Shown here one piece after another: positions 59,821 through 64,000 of a stretch of DNA of 64,000 nt. The translations under genes were made by a program, and so were the position numbers. The notes beneath the pieces were generated by a model. The model saw only the letters and a list, made by a program, of their open reading frames with translations. It ran no database searches and was not told the DNA's origin. Origin of the DNA: Rubripirellula sp. (GTDB lineage Bacteria; Planctomycetota; Planctomycetia; Pirellulales; Pirellulaceae); NCBI GenBank assembly GCA_965216875.1, contig OZ244207.1:4512001-4576000 (forward strand). The letters are read 5' to 3'. Each line of letters opens with the position of its first letter. Position 1 is the stretch's first letter.

Positions 59821-59927
59821 GCGACGCTCGCCAGAGCGTCGAGATCATTGTGAGCCGAACGCGTTAGCATCTGGCCCTACACCCTTTCGCGCACCTCGCA
59901 GGACCCGACGGCTACCGCGAGGGCTCA
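59821..59927. repeat. family D remnant plus family E repeat
   Basis: GCGACGCTCGCCAGAGCGTCG 59821-59841; GTGAGCCGAACGCGTTAGCATCTGGCC 59850-59876, near reverse complement of 61829-61854. Confidence 0.6.
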
Positions 59928-60119
59928 ATTGCTGAGCATGCGGAGGGCCCGAAGAGTCAGCCGGAATCGTCGCACAATCCGCCTGAAGACGGGACGACAA
60001 ACGGCGCCGAACGCGCTTGGTTGAGCTCACTTGCCCACGACTCCAGACAATACGGCTATAATTTCGACAATGCAACCAAGTCCCCCGAACCAACATCAGG
60101 GCAACACCAGGAACGCGCC

Positions 60120-61730
60120 ATGATCTTCAATCGAGTTTTCGCCGCGGCACTTTTTGTGGCAACCCTATCAGTCGCGTTTCCGACGATGACATCGGCGCAG
60201 AATCCCGACACTCAATATGTGTCGAATATGTCGATGGTCAGCGTTCGCGCCCAAGTCCCCAAAATCATGGCTTCGCCTGGCCTGGAAGCGATGCCGGTCG
60301 AGGTTGCCGAAGCGGCTGCACTCGAAACCTTCGGGCTGGACATCCGCACGATTGAGTCGATTCAAGTGATCGTTGGATTGCCCATGGGACCTGGCGACAC
60401 ACCCATCGGCGCCGTTGTTCGTCTGAACAAAGACTATGACCCCTCAGAGATTCATGAGGAGTACCTCACCGTGCCACCGACCGTCGAGGTGGGTGACAAG
60501 ACGATGTACGTGTTTGCCGGACACCCACCGATTGGTTTGGTGATGGCCGATGCACGAACCGCTTTGGTTGGTAGCGAGATGATGGTTCGCTCGATGCTGA
60601 TCGCAAACGGCGAGGGGCCACTTGCCGACTTGATTACGGAAAACCCGATCGGCGACTCAATGTTGCAAGTCATTGGCACAACCGCGCCGGCACGGCCAAT
60701 CATGACGCCCATGGTCGAACAACTCAGGCCCGGCGTCCCGCCCGCATTCCAAGACCTTTTGCGGGTACCGGAATTACTTGATGGCACAGTGATTCATGCC
60801 AGTGCTGCGAAAGAGGCATCGCTTGGAATCGAGTTGCTTGCCTCGAGTGAAGCAAACGCTCAAGAGCTCGAGAAGATCCTGATCGATTCAATCGAGCTTG
60901 GCAAACTGGCGGCGATGGCTCAAGTCGAACAGGGCATCCGCGAAGAAGGCCCGATGGCCGATGCCCAACGCGCCTACGCCAAACGAATGATCGACATGTT
61001 CTCGCGCGTCGTGAAGCCCACTCGTAATGGAGACCGGTTGGAAATCAGCGGTGAAGCAGGCGTGTCGGCCGCGACCACCGGCGTGCTTGTCGGTTTGTTG
61101 CTACCTGCCGTTCAAGCAGCCCGCGAAGCCGCTCGCAGAATGAGTGCCTCGAACAACATGAAGCAGATCGGACTGGCGATCCACAACTACCATTCGGCGT
61201 ACAAACAGCTGCCGACTGATATCGTTGACGACGAAGGGAACAAGCTGCTGAGCTGGCGCGTTGCAATCCTGCCATTCATCGAACAACAAGCCTTGTACGA
61301 AGAATTCAATCTCGACGAACCTTGGGATAGCGAAAACAACCTGCCGCTTTCGAAAAAGACACTCCAGGTTTTCCAAGATCCAAGCTTGCCGCTGCCCGAA
61401 GGGCACACGGTCTTTCAAGCCCTGGTGGGCGAAGAACTGATGTTCAACAACGAAGGCACACCCCGTTTCCGCGATGTCCTTGATGGCTTGAGCAATACCT
61501 TGATGGTCGTCGAAGCCGACGCCAGCGAAGCGACCATCTGGTCAAAACCAGGTGGCCTTGAAATCGATTGGGATGACCCTCTGCCGCAGATGGGACACGC
61601 ACACCAGGGCGGGTTCCACGTGCTGATGGGTGACGGAGCCGTCATTTTCATCACACACTCGATCAACCTTGATCTCTTCAAAGCACTGTTGACGCGTGCC
61701 GGCGGCGAAACCATCGAGGCGCAACTGTAG
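60120..61730 (+). CDS. exported DUF1559 domain protein with H-X9-DG motif
   Basis: signal peptide; internal LLLPAVQAAREAARRMSASNNMKQIGLAIHNYHS, SWRVAILPFIEQQALY, DGLSNTLMVVE, HQGGFHVLMGDG. Confidence 0.9.
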   Translation: MIFNRVFAAALFVATLSVAFPTMTSAQNPDTQYVSNMSMVSVRAQVPKIMASPGLEAMPVEVAEAAALETFGLDIRTIESIQVIVGLPMGPGDTPIGAVVRLNKDYDPSEIHEEYLTVPPTVEVGDKTMYVFAGHPPIGLVMADARTALVGSEMMVRSMLIANGEGPLADLITENPIGDSMLQVIGTTAPARPIMTPMVEQLRPGVPPAFQDLLRVPELLDGTVIHASAAKEASLGIELLASSEANAQELEKILIDSIELGKLAAMAQVEQGIREEGPMADAQRAYAKRMIDMFSRVVKPTRNGDRLEISGEAGVSAATTGVLVGLLLPAVQAAREAARRMSASNNMKQIGLAIHNYHSAYKQLPTDIVDDEGNKLLSWRVAILPFIEQQALYEEFNLDEPWDSENNLPLSKKTLQVFQDPSLPLPEGHTVFQALVGEELMFNNEGTPRFRDVLDGLSNTLMVVEADASEATIWSKPGGLEIDWDDPLPQMGHAHQGGFHVLMGDGAVIFITHSINLDLFKALLTRAGGETIEAQL

Positions 61731-61741
61731 ACAAGGTCTTC

Positions 61742-61888
61742 GTAGCTACCTTCGCCAGAAGGTGGATGTGTTTGCAAACCGCTCGCTACGCCACCACGCT
61801 CTGGCCAGCTTAGTAACGGGAATGCAATGCCCGACGCTAACGCGTTCGGCTCACGAGACAACTGAGCCGTATGCGCTAGCATCGGGCC
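61742..61888. repeat. REP cluster (family D pair plus inverted family E pair)
   Basis: GTAGCTACCTTCGCCAGAAGGTGG 61742-61765 identical to 42448-42471; inverted pair 61829-61854 / 61863-61888. Confidence 0.82.
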
Positions 61889-61925
61889 GCGGGAGTGCCG
61901 AGCGTGATTCCCAAATGCCGACGGG

Positions 61926-62654
61926 CTATCGAAACGCCAACATCGCGATGGCCATCACCAGCATGACGCTGTTTTCGATGATCGTGACAAACGACATCGG
62001 CAGGTTGAATGCGGTTCCCAAACAAGCGCACTGAATGGTTTGCTTCTTGCGAACCGCCGAAATCACGCCGACCAGCCCCACTGCCATCACGACCGCCGTT
62101 GCTGAACCGGCAAACACCAACCAAGTGCCCGTGACAAACATAAGGCCTAAAGCCACTTCGATCGCAGGATACGCGAGCGCGTAAAAACGCGACCGCTTCG
62201 CGATCACATCGTACGTTGCAAATGCATCGGCAAACTTGGAAACGTCAAGTAGCTTGAAGAAGGCGAAGCCGAGAAAGAAGAAGCCCATGAAATAGTTCAT
62301 CGCCCGTGACCACTGCCACTGCTCATGCAGCGACTCGAACAGCACCGATGCACCGATCACGTAGGCGACCACCAACAGCAAAGGCTTGTACGTCGCGAGG
62401 CGAAAGGTAGCTTTCGCATCCGACGCTGCCGTTGGCAACGGTTCTGAAACCACGTTTGCCTCGAATCCGGCATGACGAATGACATCCAGCACATGCTCGG
62501 GTGACCCCGTGGACGTCAAATCGACCCGCACCAACTTTCTGGGGTCTTCGAGATCGGCGTCCCAGCTCGTGATCGTTTCCTCTGCATCAAGTGCAGGTTT
62601 GAGTTTGGCCAGGCATGACCCGCACGTCATACTTGTTGCGATTGTCGTCGTCAT
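61926..62654 (-). CDS. heavy-metal-associated domain plus MauE/DoxX-like membrane protein
   Basis: MTCGSC HMA motif; FMGFFFLGFAFFKLLD..FADAFATYDVIA, IQCACLG..FNLPMS. Confidence 0.85.
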   Translation of the reverse strand: MTTTIATSMTCGSCLAKLKPALDAEETITSWDADLEDPRKLVRVDLTSTGSPEHVLDVIRHAGFEANVVSEPLPTAASDAKATFRLATYKPLLLVVAYVIGASVLFESLHEQWQWSRAMNYFMGFFFLGFAFFKLLDVSKFADAFATYDVIAKRSRFYALAYPAIEVALGLMFVTGTWLVFAGSATAVVMAVGLVGVISAVRKKQTIQCACLGTAFNLPMSFVTIIENSVMLVMAIAMLAFR

Positions 62655-62661
62655 GATTGGC

Positions 62662-64000
<1,339 letters not shown>

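Overview
A gene-dense, GC-rich chromosomal window from a Planctomycetota bacterium, most likely Pirellulaceae. The assignment is inferred from DUF1559/H-X9-DG proteins, DUF1571, CRTAC1/ASPIC-UnbV proteins, a PQQ-like propeller, a groEL-groES-groEL arrangement and a methanopterin-biosynthesis gene. I call 50 CDS. They include: a sulfatase / lyase-like / lower Weimberg pathway run; a three-gene CRTAC1 - membrane pentaheme cytochrome c - CRTAC1 operon; pyrB plus a catalytically dead dihydroorotase homolog; mdh; a TonB-less TPR-TPR-ExbB-ExbD-ExbD cluster continuing into pabA-DUF447-mptG; an ECF sigma factor with an anti-sigma fused to a pilin-like DUF1559 module; the groEL-groES-groEL-dnaJ-grpE operon with a sigma-54-like promoter; coproheme decarboxylase; a Ser/Thr kinase; and an N-terminally truncated alpha-oxoamine synthase. 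I saw no rRNA, tRNA, CRISPR array, transposase or phage gene. Intergenic spaces hold several families of short palindromic REP/MITE-like repeats, several of which supply the stop codon of the adjacent gene, and 30 of the 50 CDS end in TAG. The best candidates for an undescribed system are the CRTAC1-multiheme operon (8011-16741), the TPR-ExbBDD envelope cluster (26186-36096), the anti-sigma/pilin-like fusion (40390-42366) and the multi-family REP mosaic. All calls come from reading motifs by eye; no database search was run.
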